Shown in pieces: positions 52,590 to 61,178 of a DNA stretch of 64,000 bases. How positions within the stretch are numbered: the stretch's first letter is position 1; each line of letters starts with the position of its first letter. A model generated the notes under the pieces. It was not told where the DNA came from. It saw nothing but the letters and a program-made list of their open reading frames with translations, and did not search any database. Position numbers and translations under genes: made by a program. Source of the DNA: a virus. The DNA lies in the IMG/VR virus record IMGVR_UViG_3300044701_003572, positions 1-64,000 of that record. One strand, written 5' to 3'.

Positions 52590-53211
52590 GACCTTGATCG
52601 ATATTCTTGAAATTCTCTATCTCCATAAAAGAAACATTGTCTAAAATCCACTCTTTAGGCATTTTCCAATCTTTATAATTGACAATGATATATTCTTTAT
52701 GGGTATGATGTTTGAACGTTTCGGATATTTGATAGATCCAAAAACTAGGATCTACTGGTAAAGAATCGGTACTGTTATAATTTTTTGTACCTTTATAGAT
52801 ATTATTAAATTTGTTATTAGTTGAATAAAGATCAAAACCTATGAGATAGATTTGATCATGATCTAATAAACTGGCTACTAATATTGCATACGGACCGCTG
52901 CCCCAATGTTCAGGGTTATCTCTTTTGATATTGCCATTTGTAGGCACTGCAGGAAGTTGACATATATTTTTATTTTTTTGTATCTTTTTGAAAGATTTAT
53001 AAAATCTTTCTCTTACATATATTTTTGTTGATAGATTGTTTTTATTTTCTAATGACTCAAAGACCATTCGATGATCGCAACAAATTAGATGATCGACAGT
53101 AATATCTCTGTGTATAGCGTTGCAACCTACTATCGGATATATCTTCTTGAGATTGTCGATATCAACGGCTGACCTGCTTTCGCCGTTGCCTAAAACTATT
53201 ACCGAGTTCAC
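52564..53211 (-). CDS. DUF115/MptE-like or sialyltransferase-like Rossmann protein
   Basis: VIVLGNGESR, VGCNAI, WGSG and IYLIGFD pattern. Confidence 0.55.
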   Translation of the reverse strand: MNSVIVLGNGESRSAVDIDNLKKIYPIVGCNAIHRDITVDHLICCDHRMVFESLENKNNLSTKIYVRERFYKSFKKIQKNKNICQLPAVPTNGNIKRDNPEHWGSGPYAILVASLLDHDQIYLIGFDLYSTNNKFNNIYKGTKNYNSTDSLPVDPSFWIYQISETFKHHTHKEYIIVNYKDWKMPKEWILDNVSFMEIENFKNIDQGLALQLNIV

Positions 53212-54365
53212 AGTGTAGGTTTAATATCACCAAATGGTAACCATATCCCGGGTGCGCCTGCAGAAATACAGACCCAGCCAATATAAGATCCGGGTCTTGG
53301 TTCAGTGTTCCAGACCACGTCCCCTTTATTGTAATTGCCGCTGCTAGGAAATCTTTCTCCGTATTGATGTAATCTGTCGTCGAACTTTATAGATCCCTGA
53401 ACGTGTAATGCAGCACGATCGTCGGGATTTTTAGCACCGATAGATAATTTGCCATGAACAAAAACTTTACTTGGAAATTGATTTTGATTACCAAGAATTA
53501 TATCGCCGTTTGGTTGTACGGTAATTCTAGCTGTGTTATCAGTAACGATGTCGAAAGGTAAACTTGCGTAAGTTCCTACGATACCTCTGGTCTGATCTTT
53601 AGTGCCTAACAATACTTCAACACCATCTTCCATTACAGATAAAGCGGCATTGGGTTCTTCGGTTCCTAGACCTAACCTATTACTATTAGAACTATAAACA
53701 ATATACTGATCGATTATTACATCACCGTCTACTATTAAACCTTTTAATCTTCCTAGCTCTCGGAGAGAACTTTTAGTCACTGAGTTACCTAATTCATTAG
53801 GAGCCAATACAGGAACTCCATTAATAGCGTAATGTTTGTCTTTGTGGATATCGATTATTTCTGTACTGAAGAATCTATCAGGATATGGTTTGTAAACAAA
53901 TTGTTTAGCATAGCCTTCACCGATCCACCAAAGTCCTTTGTTTTCTAAAGACTCAGTTTCAGTTTTTTTAAACTCTAAAGAAGCAGACCTTTCTATTCTA
54001 GTATCTGATAAAATTTCAGTTACTTCAATAGTTGCTGCTTTGAGATGCCCACTGATAGTTAGATTTTTGGCTGTTATATTCTCGGAAACATTGAGGTTTC
54101 CTTGTAATGTGCCTACACTTAAAACGTCGATTTTAATACCGTCGTTGCCTACTACTAGCTTAGTAGAAGTAGCATCATCTTTAATACCTAGGCTAGAAAA
54201 TGCAGTTATTGTTCCGCCCGTTATATGATCTCCGCTTAGACCTCTTTTCGGTATCGATTTAACGATATCGTTAAAGTCAAAAACAGGTTTGGTGTTATTG
54301 GCCAGGTCTTTTAGAGCTGTGCCAAGGTATGCGATTGCTTTATCTAGATTGTTTTGGTCTGTCAT
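53208..54365 (-). CDS. probable tail-fibre-like structural protein
   Basis: RLGLGTEEPNAAL, LSIGAKNP..LHVQG and C-terminal GDVVWNTEP..YIGWVC...GIW modules; late promoter upstream. Confidence 0.65.
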   Translation of the reverse strand: MTDQNNLDKAIAYLGTALKDLANNTKPVFDFNDIVKSIPKRGLSGDHITGGTITAFSSLGIKDDATSTKLVVGNDGIKIDVLSVGTLQGNLNVSENITAKNLTISGHLKAATIEVTEILSDTRIERSASLEFKKTETESLENKGLWWIGEGYAKQFVYKPYPDRFFSTEIIDIHKDKHYAINGVPVLAPNELGNSVTKSSLRELGRLKGLIVDGDVIIDQYIVYSSNSNRLGLGTEEPNAALSVMEDGVEVLLGTKDQTRGIVGTYASLPFDIVTDNTARITVQPNGDIILGNQNQFPSKVFVHGKLSIGAKNPDDRAALHVQGSIKFDDRLHQYGERFPSSGNYNKGDVVWNTEPRPGSYIGWVCISAGAPGIWLPFGDIKPTL

Positions 54366-54395
54366 AGTCTAGTATTTATTTAGAACTATGACAGA
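54358..54395 (-). promoter_or_regulatory. hairpin sequestering the start codon, with a TAAATA late promoter in its loop
   Basis: TCTGTCATAGT (54358-54368) and ACTATGACAGA (54385-54395) form a perfect 11-bp inverted repeat; TAAATA at 54373-54378. Confidence 0.7.
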
Positions 54396-54407
54396 TCAAG
54401 AATTGAA

Positions 54408-55592
54408 TTACAAAGTTTTAAGTAGAATTGTATCTTCGTTGATGCGACCGTTGAGCTTGATATCTACTGCTTTAATGTCCTCTAAGAACTTACGCAGGGC
54501 TACTTTACCTGCCGCTTTGAACTCTTTGAGTTGCTCTTCGGGCTTGCGCAAGGTCTTCTGCACAGATCGATTTTCGTCAAAACCCGTGATAGAAGTACCC
54601 TTAACTCCGAGCTCACCAAATTCGCTGGTAACATATTTGCCTAACTTACGGGTCTTGATATTGAAGATCCATAGTTCTTTGGCACCCACGATATCTGCAG
54701 GGCTAATAGAAACCAGTTTGAGCTTATCATCTTGCTTCAAATATTTGAGCTTTTCGACGATCTTCTCTACGGGTTTAGACTTCTTAGCACGTGGCTTACG
54801 ATTAACTTTGGCTTCCTGCATCAGCATATCGCAGGCCGACAGTATTTCTTGATAGAAGGTTACGATTTTTTTGACCTGTGCTTTGCTTAGGTGACGATAG
54901 GCTTCTTTGAGCTGTTCGCATTTACCTTCTTGAAGCTCTAGATATTCGTTATATTGGCGCTGATAATAATCTTTAATGATGCGAGCGTGAGCAGCCTTGG
55001 TCTGTTTTCCACGCAGAAGATTAAGTACCTTAAATGCTTTAGGATCAAAAGCTTCGGGATCTTGACTAAATGATTCGATAGTGTCCTCGATCTCTTCGGT
55101 CATTACAAAGGTAGCTTCGCGAACACGTTCTTGGATAGTTATCTGAGGTACAGCAGCCTTTTCCTCAGTAACTTCTGGTTCGTAGTCGTCTTTGCCTTCT
55201 TCGATAATTTTAGAAATCTGTTCCCCTAGCCATTGAGCGGTATTTCTGCCTTCATTAAAGTCTGCTCGAACTGGAGGCATTCCTCTGAGAAGATTAGCAG
55301 CTATAGCTCCCATAGTTCCGCCGCAACGAAAGTCTTTGGTATCTTTAAAGGCTTTAACTTGGTCCTTAGTATAACCATTAACTCCCATCCAATTGATTAC
55401 TTTAGGTTTAAGATCTCTCCCGCTAAACTCTACACGATAGTAATCCATTGATCGACGAAAGTGCATATAAAACTCGTCCGTGGACATAGTTTCGTATCCG
55501 TCCCATTTTGGACTTAGATCGCGCTTTGAATTTGCACGATGTGCCGCTACGTCTTTAGCGGTAACACGAGTCTTAGTAGAGAGTTTGGCCAT
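54408..55592 (-). CDS. hypothetical phage protein (early)
   Basis: 394-aa ORF with an AGGAG SD, behind a consensus sigma70 promoter. Confidence 0.8.
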   Translation of the reverse strand: MAKLSTKTRVTAKDVAAHRANSKRDLSPKWDGYETMSTDEFYMHFRRSMDYYRVEFSGRDLKPKVINWMGVNGYTKDQVKAFKDTKDFRCGGTMGAIAANLLRGMPPVRADFNEGRNTAQWLGEQISKIIEEGKDDYEPEVTEEKAAVPQITIQERVREATFVMTEEIEDTIESFSQDPEAFDPKAFKVLNLLRGKQTKAAHARIIKDYYQRQYNEYLELQEGKCEQLKEAYRHLSKAQVKKIVTFYQEILSACDMLMQEAKVNRKPRAKKSKPVEKIVEKLKYLKQDDKLKLVSISPADIVGAKELWIFNIKTRKLGKYVTSEFGELGVKGTSITGFDENRSVQKTLRKPEEQLKEFKAAGKVALRKFLEDIKAVDIKLNGRINEDTILLKTL

Positions 55593-55624
55593 CAATTGCT
55601 CCTAGTGTTTAACAGTATGTATAT

Positions 55625-55653
55625 ATTATAATGCCAATCTGTCATGCTGTCAA
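55625..55653 (-). promoter_or_regulatory. consensus sigma70 promoter TTGACA-N17-TATAAT
   Basis: -35 at 55648-55653, -10 at 55625-55630. Confidence 0.85.
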
Positions 55654-55830
55654 CCGTTCGATTTCTTCATAGTCGCCGTCGGCAGTTTCTCTAAATACTT
55701 TGGAAACTTCTGCACCTTCATTAATGGCTTTTTTGGCTAATTGAATAGCCTCTTTACGACTTTTGGTTGTGTCAATAAGTTCTTCGTGTCCGTCAACTTC
55801 GGACCAGACCTCATAAAGTTCCCAGGTCAT
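55642..55830 (-). CDS. hypothetical protein
   Basis: ORF in the operon. Confidence 0.65.
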   Translation of the reverse strand: MTWELYEVWSEVDGHEELIDTTKSRKEAIQLAKKAINEGAEVSKVFRETADGDYEEIERLTA

Positions 55831-55855
55831 TTTAGTTTACTTTTCTCCTATTAGG

Positions 55856-56440
55856 TTAAACAAATTTAAGCCAATCTCCATCAGGCGCCACTGCCCAACC
55901 AAGACGTTGGAGATCATTCCGGATCTCGTCGGTTATAAGGCCTTCCGGCACATATCTGTTAACCATTTCTATTCTAGCCATTTGTTCTTCAGTGAGTTCT
56001 TTTGGCTCTTCGTCCGCCGGAGGATATATACCGATATCTCGAATACCAGAACAGTACCAATCGATGTAATCGCCTTTTTGTTGCATATCTGCGATTATGC
56101 CGCCCGCTGATCTCCAAGAGCAACCCCATTCTTCTTCTTTAAGAATAGGAATGATATCCATTTTAATAAAACCGTTGTTACACATAGCCGCATATAAATT
56201 CTGTGCATAGGCATCGTCAGCACGAACTTTCTCCAGAATCCAATCAGTGGTTAGGAGATCGTATTCCATATTGTTGATTCTGCTTTTGGGATCGTCGAAT
56301 TTACGCTTATGATCGTCGATTATTTTTTCAAACCAATCGATATAATCTTCGTTGACAGATTCACCTTTTTCTGCCTGACGGTTGACATAGCCCTCTTTTT
56401 GGAAGCTGTGTCGTTCAGGGCTTTTTGAAATCTTTGACAT
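55856..56440 (-). CDS. hypothetical protein
   Basis: Contains YAQNLYAAMCNN and DYIDWYCSG. Confidence 0.75.
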   Translation of the reverse strand: MSKISKSPERHSFQKEGYVNRQAEKGESVNEDYIDWFEKIIDDHKRKFDDPKSRINNMEYDLLTTDWILEKVRADDAYAQNLYAAMCNNGFIKMDIIPILKEEEWGCSWRSAGGIIADMQQKGDYIDWYCSGIRDIGIYPPADEEPKELTEEQMARIEMVNRYVPEGLITDEIRNDLQRLGWAVAPDGDWLKFV

Positions 56441-56744
56441 CTTTAATTGCTGATTTTAAAGTTTCTGCATAGTTTAGAGCAGTCTGCTCATTCATTGTTA
56501 ATACAGTTTGATGTTCAAGATAGCCTTTAGCAAGTAAGGTCCAGATCTGTTTAAACCTATTCATAGACCACCAAGGTGATTTCACTGTGGCATAGATTGT
56601 AACAGTAATACCAACATCTTCGGCTTCGATCCAAAGATCGTGAGTGTGATCTTCTGAGCCGCAGTCACAGACCACATGATATGTTTTGGCATCACCCCAA
56701 TCATTCTTTTTAAGAATACCCTCCGCCGGTGTCTGTAATTCCAT
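56415..56744 (-). CDS. hypothetical protein (CDC...H motif)
   Basis: Probable start ATG 56744 (MELQTPAEG). Confidence 0.7.
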   Translation of the reverse strand: MELQTPAEGILKKNDWGDAKTYHVVCDCGSEDHTHDLWIEAEDVGITVTIYATVKSPWWSMNRFKQIWTLLAKGYLEHQTVLTMNEQTALNYAETLKSAIKDVKDFKKP

Positions 56745-56745
56745 A

Positions 56746-56970
56746 TTAATCATTAAATGTTTTAACTTGATCTCGTTGGTCGTAAATGCTTTTGACCATT
56801 CGTTGATAATCTTCTTCACTCATACAGGTTCTATATAGACTCAGCGCCTGTATAGCCATTATACCTGCTATTTCCATAGCATCATATTCTTCTAACATCA
56901 CACCGGTGAATTGAAGATATTTTGCATACAGGTCTTCTGTACTGTGTTTATAATTATCAAGCAAGCTCAT
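56746..56970 (-). CDS. hypothetical protein
   Basis: Coupled ORF. Confidence 0.7.
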   Translation of the reverse strand: MSLLDNYKHSTEDLYAKYLQFTGVMLEEYDAMEIAGIMAIQALSLYRTCMSEEDYQRMVKSIYDQRDQVKTFND

Positions 56971-56972
56971 TA

Positions 56973-57791
56973 TTATGTCCAGAGTGATTGACGTATCTTG
57001 ATTAAACGAATCATCATTTCTTCGTCTTCTTGTTCGTATTTTGCTTCCAACTCACGACTCTTGTCAAGAGCAGTCTTACACATTTCTGCTTCTTCTGGAG
57101 TTTTATCTTCCATATCAAGGAGGTGATATCCTTTTTCGCGACGCATATCGCAGTAGGCACTCCAACCGCTAGCGTCATAAACATCGGGGCGATTTGGGTA
57201 GATTTCTTTCCACCAGGTGTAAAGCTCTAAGATTTCTTTAGCAGCCTTAGCCTGATGAGTAGGATCTTCTTGTTCGCCTTCTTCGATGAAATCTTTATTG
57301 GTAAGAGTCATTGCCCATTTTAGATGAGCGACGCCTGCTTCTGGACAGCGCCAAGTTCTCCAACGTAGCCAACCACTGCGCCACCAAGGCGGAGAATACT
57401 TTTTACGTGCTTCATCGTCCCACATACAGGTATGCCAGGCCTGTTCTACTTCAACAAAATCAACAAGCTCATTAAACAAACATGGAAGAAAACGGTTGCC
57501 AACATCACGCCACTCGCCGCGAGGAATATCGCTTGGATGAGCAGTAAGAGCGTGGGTTTTAGTGATCCAGCGATTGTTGATATAGTAGCGTACATCATTG
57601 ATCCTTTCAGGAATGTAACACCAAACATCTTGAATTTTATCCAAACCTTCTTCAGCAATCCACCAACGGATCGGATATTTGTCTTTAGCAGCCTTCTCCC
57701 ATTCGTGCCATTCTTTTCCAGTACCGCACTTTAACTTAGTAGTGCCACGAATCCAATCAGCAAATGGTGAACAAGTCCAATAATTTCTCAT
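56973..57791 (-). CDS. Trp-rich hypothetical protein
   Basis: 272-aa ORF behind a sigma70 promoter. Confidence 0.8.
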   Translation of the reverse strand: MRNYWTCSPFADWIRGTTKLKCGTGKEWHEWEKAAKDKYPIRWWIAEEGLDKIQDVWCYIPERINDVRYYINNRWITKTHALTAHPSDIPRGEWRDVGNRFLPCLFNELVDFVEVEQAWHTCMWDDEARKKYSPPWWRSGWLRWRTWRCPEAGVAHLKWAMTLTNKDFIEEGEQEDPTHQAKAAKEILELYTWWKEIYPNRPDVYDASGWSAYCDMRREKGYHLLDMEDKTPEEAEMCKTALDKSRELEAKYEQEDEEMMIRLIKIRQSLWT

Positions 57792-57818
57792 AATATATTC
57801 TTTCTGTCGAACATTTTA

Positions 57819-57865
57819 ATTATACGATCTTTTAAAAAACTCGTCAATAAGATTCTTTTTTGACG
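57819..57865 (-). promoter_or_regulatory. terminator-like hairpin whose 3' arm is the -35 of a TTGACG-N17-TATAAT promoter
   Basis: CGTCAA...TTGACG stem followed by AGTTTTTT; -35 at 57842-57847, -10 at 57819-57824. Confidence 0.7.
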
Positions 57866-57869
57866 TATT

Positions 57870-58223
57870 TTATTTTACAAGATGTTGGGACAGCACCATA
57901 CAAGCTAGCCAAATCCAAAGTGTGTTAAATCCTACCAATGTTGGTAGTAGTTTTTTATTACTGGCCCAAATTAATGTCATGCTAGTGGCCAGTGCTACAA
58001 AATATAATTGCCAAATTTGTATTCCAAATATCAAACCTGGAACGATAATAGACGCTTTAGCTAACCAACTAGCAGCTTCTATGATATTGTAGTTTGTCCA
58101 ATAAGATCTAGTGAACCACATCTTGTAGCAGTTTACAACATTTTTCCATCCTGTAAAAGAATATATCAAGGATGTGCAAAAAATAAAAGCTAAAAATGCG
58201 AATAGGATTTGATCTGCGTTCAT
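57870..58223 (-). CDS. multi-pass membrane protein
   Basis: Four hydrophobic segments. Confidence 0.75.
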   Translation of the reverse strand: MNADQILFAFLAFIFCTSLIYSFTGWKNVVNCYKMWFTRSYWTNYNIIEAASWLAKASIIVPGLIFGIQIWQLYFVALATSMTLIWASNKKLLPTLVGFNTLWIWLACMVLSQHLVK

Positions 58224-58607
58224 TTAAAATCTCTTTTGATATCCAGCCATATTTAACATTATAGAGTACTGCTCGTAGGATTTTTGGACAGCAGGATTAG
58301 TGTTACGATAAAAAGATTCTTCTCGCTCCTTGTCCATAAGAGTTTGAAATAGATCAACTTCGCTTCTAGTATGATGTTGCCATTTGAAAAACTTACGTTC
58401 TAACTCTATCAGTGTTCGTAGGCGACTTTCCGGAATCTCTAAAGTGATTACTTTTTCGGTTTCGTATTCTACAATATCATTACGAATAATATCAGCACGT
58501 TCGGGGTCTGTAAAAAATCTAGGAGGATGATACCGTGCCCTACGCTTTTGATCGTTTAGGACACGTACCTCATAATTTTCACAAAACTGAGAAACTTCTT
58601 TATCCAT
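58224..58607 (-). CDS. hypothetical protein
   Basis: Coupled ORF; C-terminal NPAVQKSYEQY. Confidence 0.75.
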   Translation of the reverse strand: MDKEVSQFCENYEVRVLNDQKRRARYHPPRFFTDPERADIIRNDIVEYETEKVITLEIPESRLRTLIELERKFFKWQHHTRSEVDLFQTLMDKEREESFYRNTNPAVQKSYEQYSIMLNMAGYQKRF

Positions 58608-59286
58608 TATTAACTAGACTTTCAGTCATCGGAAAGATTGCAGCAATAGCTTTGGCACATGCCAGTGCTACTAACTGATGTTCTTTTTGTGTACCATTAG
58701 CTGATCGCAATTCAATAAAGTGTACCCAAGACCGTAAGGTACCATTCATATAAAGTTTACTTTCAATGTTTCCTTCGGGTAGAACAGCACGAGCTTGCTC
58801 TTTGGCTATACCGTTTGACACAGCCCAAGTGTAGGCCTCTCGAGCGGCTCTAATAACAGCCTGTTGTTTTTCTTCCCATAGACGTGCAAGCTCTCTCTGC
58901 TCAGGGTCTGCCATGTCCAATTCGACAGAATTTTGTCTGTTTTTTGTGTCCTGCAACCGTGCTTCTCTAATGACGAAGTTAAGATCTTTTGTAGGGTCAG
59001 CGTATCGTTGACTAAACTCTTGGAAGGCAAAGCTTCTGTGTCGTAGGATCTGTCTTGCGATGTCTCTGGTTGTGGTGATTTCAACGCAGGCTGAAACCAT
59101 TTCCAAGGGACTCCAGTGTGCGTGTTTAACAAGATATCGAATAAGCTTCTCTGATGTCTCTGTATTGAGTTGGTTGCTTGGGTTGCTGACACGGGCGCAA
59201 TACGCAATGAGTTCTTGTGCATCGTCGACACCCAATCCGGCAAATTCTGCTGTTGGTTGTGAATAGGATACCAGTTTAACATTCAT
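58600..59286 (-). CDS. thyX: flavin-dependent thymidylate synthase
   Basis: HWSPLE, RQILRHRSFAFQEFSQRY (RHRx7S) and EQARAVLP. Start at ATG 59286. Confidence 0.95.
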   Translation of the reverse strand: MNVKLVSYSQPTAEFAGLGVDDAQELIAYCARVSNPSNQLNTETSEKLIRYLVKHAHWSPLEMVSACVEITTTRDIARQILRHRSFAFQEFSQRYADPTKDLNFVIREARLQDTKNRQNSVELDMADPEQRELARLWEEKQQAVIRAAREAYTWAVSNGIAKEQARAVLPEGNIESKLYMNGTLRSWVHFIELRSANGTQKEHQLVALACAKAIAAIFPMTESLVNNG

Positions 59287-59773
59287 CTTTCTCTTCTTTC
59301 TCGTCTGGGAAACACAATGATTCCATTGTTTTATAATGTTCGTAGGCTTTTTTGAGAGCTTCAAACTTTTCAAGTTTTTCTGGATCGGGAACCAGTATAG
59401 CTAATCTTTGCTCCATCTTTGAGATAAAATCTTTAAGACTAACATTACCAATTTTAAGATCGCCACCTTCTTTTATATTAACACCATCAGTGTCTATGTT
59501 TACGGTGGGTGCATAATTTTGAGTCCAAGTGTAACCACTAGTCCCGTTCGTTGTGTATACTCCCCCGCCACCTCCACTAATTGTATAAGTTGAGGATGGA
59601 AAAGTTATAGTCGATGAAGTCATATTTAAATCATCCAAGGTGATAGTTTGCACACCATCCAGTTCCAGAGCTGCACCAACAGCACCAATGTCAAGATCCA
59701 AAGTTATTGTATCAGTGACTGTGATGCTGTCAGTTTCGCTACCGCTAAGGATGTAATTATCCTTATCGTCCAT
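59276..59773 (-). CDS. hypothetical protein
   Basis: Thr/Gly-rich middle; C-terminal FEALKKAYEHYK. Confidence 0.75.
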   Translation of the reverse strand: MDDKDNYILSGSETDSITVTDTITLDLDIGAVGAALELDGVQTITLDDLNMTSSTITFPSSTYTISGGGGGVYTTNGTSGYTWTQNYAPTVNIDTDGVNIKEGGDLKIGNVSLKDFISKMEQRLAILVPDPEKLEKFEALKKAYEHYKTMESLCFPDEKEEKDEC

Positions 59774-59774
59774 A

Positions 59775-59975
59775 TTAGGCCTTTGTTACTTTTGCTTCTT
59801 TGCGAGCGTTCTTTTCTGCAGTGATTTCGTTACGGCGAGCCTTTACACTCTTAGCCACTTCTTGTAGGGCTTTACGAGCGCGAGTACCTGCTGCCGAGTT
59901 ACCTGCTGTAAACTTTGCATCTTCTGCTAAAAATGTTTCGAAGTCTGCTTTTAGTTGTTCTACTGTATTTGACAT
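59775..59975 (-). CDS. histone H1-like (Hc1-family) small basic DNA-binding protein
   Basis: KFTAGNSAAGTRARKALQE..K..R.EI motif. Confidence 0.75.
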   Translation of the reverse strand: MSNTVEQLKADFETFLAEDAKFTAGNSAAGTRARKALQEVAKSVKARRNEITAEKNARKEAKVTKA

Positions 59976-60018
59976 AATTGTTTCCTTTAAGTTATGTTAT
60001 TCTACTTATTCTAGAATT

Positions 60019-60131
60019 TGGTGTGGTCGGTAGGTTTCGAACCTACAAAGGCTGCGAGTTATACTCAGCGCCCCGTCCCCATTCTCGACTATGAGTCGAG
60101 CGGGAGGTCTGCCTATTCCACTCACGACCAC
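60019..60131 (-). tRNA. atypical 113-nt tRNA-like RNA with anticodon CAT, extended anticodon arm and long variable arm
   Basis: Acceptor stem GTGGTCG/CGACCAC + A + CCA; T-arm GTAGG-TTCGAAA-CCTAC; D-loop with GG; anticodon stem-loop CTCGA-CTCATAG-TCGAG. Confidence 0.8.
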
Positions 60132-60137
60132 AAGTAT

Positions 60138-60166
60138 ATTATATAACCTTAATCTTAAAAATACAA
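60138..60166 (-). promoter_or_regulatory. sigma70-type promoter TTGTAT-N17-TATAAT for the tRNA-like RNA
   Basis: -10 at 60138-60143, -35 at 60161-60166; predicted +1 at about 60131. Confidence 0.6.
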
Positions 60167-60194
60167 TATATGATAGGTTAAATAATAGCAGTTT

Positions 60195-61178
60195 ATGACA
60201 CACGACTTTCAAAAAATACCTTTTCAAAATATAATTAAATTTGGACAGAGAACTATGTTAGAAAGACCTTTGTTCTCTGTAAGTTGGATATTAGGACGAT
60301 TTTGTAATTATAGTTGTTCATATTGCTGGCCGTATGCAAGATCGGATAGAATTGATCACCAATCACTAGACATCTATAAAAATACAGTAGACGAAATTAA
60401 AAGACAAGCAAGACAGAATGGATTTACAGAGTTTCATTGGAGCTTCAGTGGTGGCGAACCAACGGCCTATAAACAACTATTAGATCTAGCAAGACATTTA
60501 GAAAATGATTTAGAAAGTCCGTATCAGAGCATACATATGACTACCAATTTAAGTCCGGGAAGCAAATGGTGGAAAAATTGGTCGAATACTACTGCTAATT
60601 TGCAGAGAAGAAGTATTACAGCAAGCTATCATTCTGAGTTCGCTAAAGAACAGGAATTTGGTGATAAATGCCTTCAGCTTATGTACGACAACGTATATGT
60701 TACAATCAATCAAGTAATGGTGCCGGATCAATTTTTTCAATTATACGAACGCTGTGAAAGACTGCATAAAAGAGGAATCAATGTAACTCTGAAGCCTCAG
60801 AGTGATCCTACGGCCAGCGGCGTTGTAGATGGATATACCAAGGAAATGATTAACCTGATGCAGACAGGTTTTCCTCAGCAGGCCAACGCCGAAGAATTAT
60901 ATCAAATTGTACTTTATGATACTAATGATAAAGAGTATTTGTTTGATCAGGCAGAAAGATTTAACGCTTATGATTTTAATAAGTTTCAAGGATGGCATTG
61001 TAATTCTGGATACCAAAGTGTTATAATTCGCAGCGATGAAGTAAAAAGATCCTATAGTTGTCATGATCAACTGTTAGGAACTTTAACAGAAGGATTTAAT
61101 TTGTTTAATAAACCTCGACGCTGCATTACACCTAGTTGTGTAAGTTCAGCTGATAGTAAAGTACCAAAATGCAAATAG
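60195..61178 (+). CDS. radical SAM protein with a C-terminal Cys-rich (SPASM/twitch-like) region
   Basis: CNYSCSYC, SGGEP and C-terminal Cys residues. Confidence 0.9.
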   Translation: MTHDFQKIPFQNIIKFGQRTMLERPLFSVSWILGRFCNYSCSYCWPYARSDRIDHQSLDIYKNTVDEIKRQARQNGFTEFHWSFSGGEPTAYKQLLDLARHLENDLESPYQSIHMTTNLSPGSKWWKNWSNTTANLQRRSITASYHSEFAKEQEFGDKCLQLMYDNVYVTINQVMVPDQFFQLYERCERLHKRGINVTLKPQSDPTASGVVDGYTKEMINLMQTGFPQQANAEELYQIVLYDTNDKEYLFDQAERFNAYDFNKFQGWHCNSGYQSVIIRSDEVKRSYSCHDQLLGTLTEGFNLFNKPRRCITPSCVSSADSKVPKCK

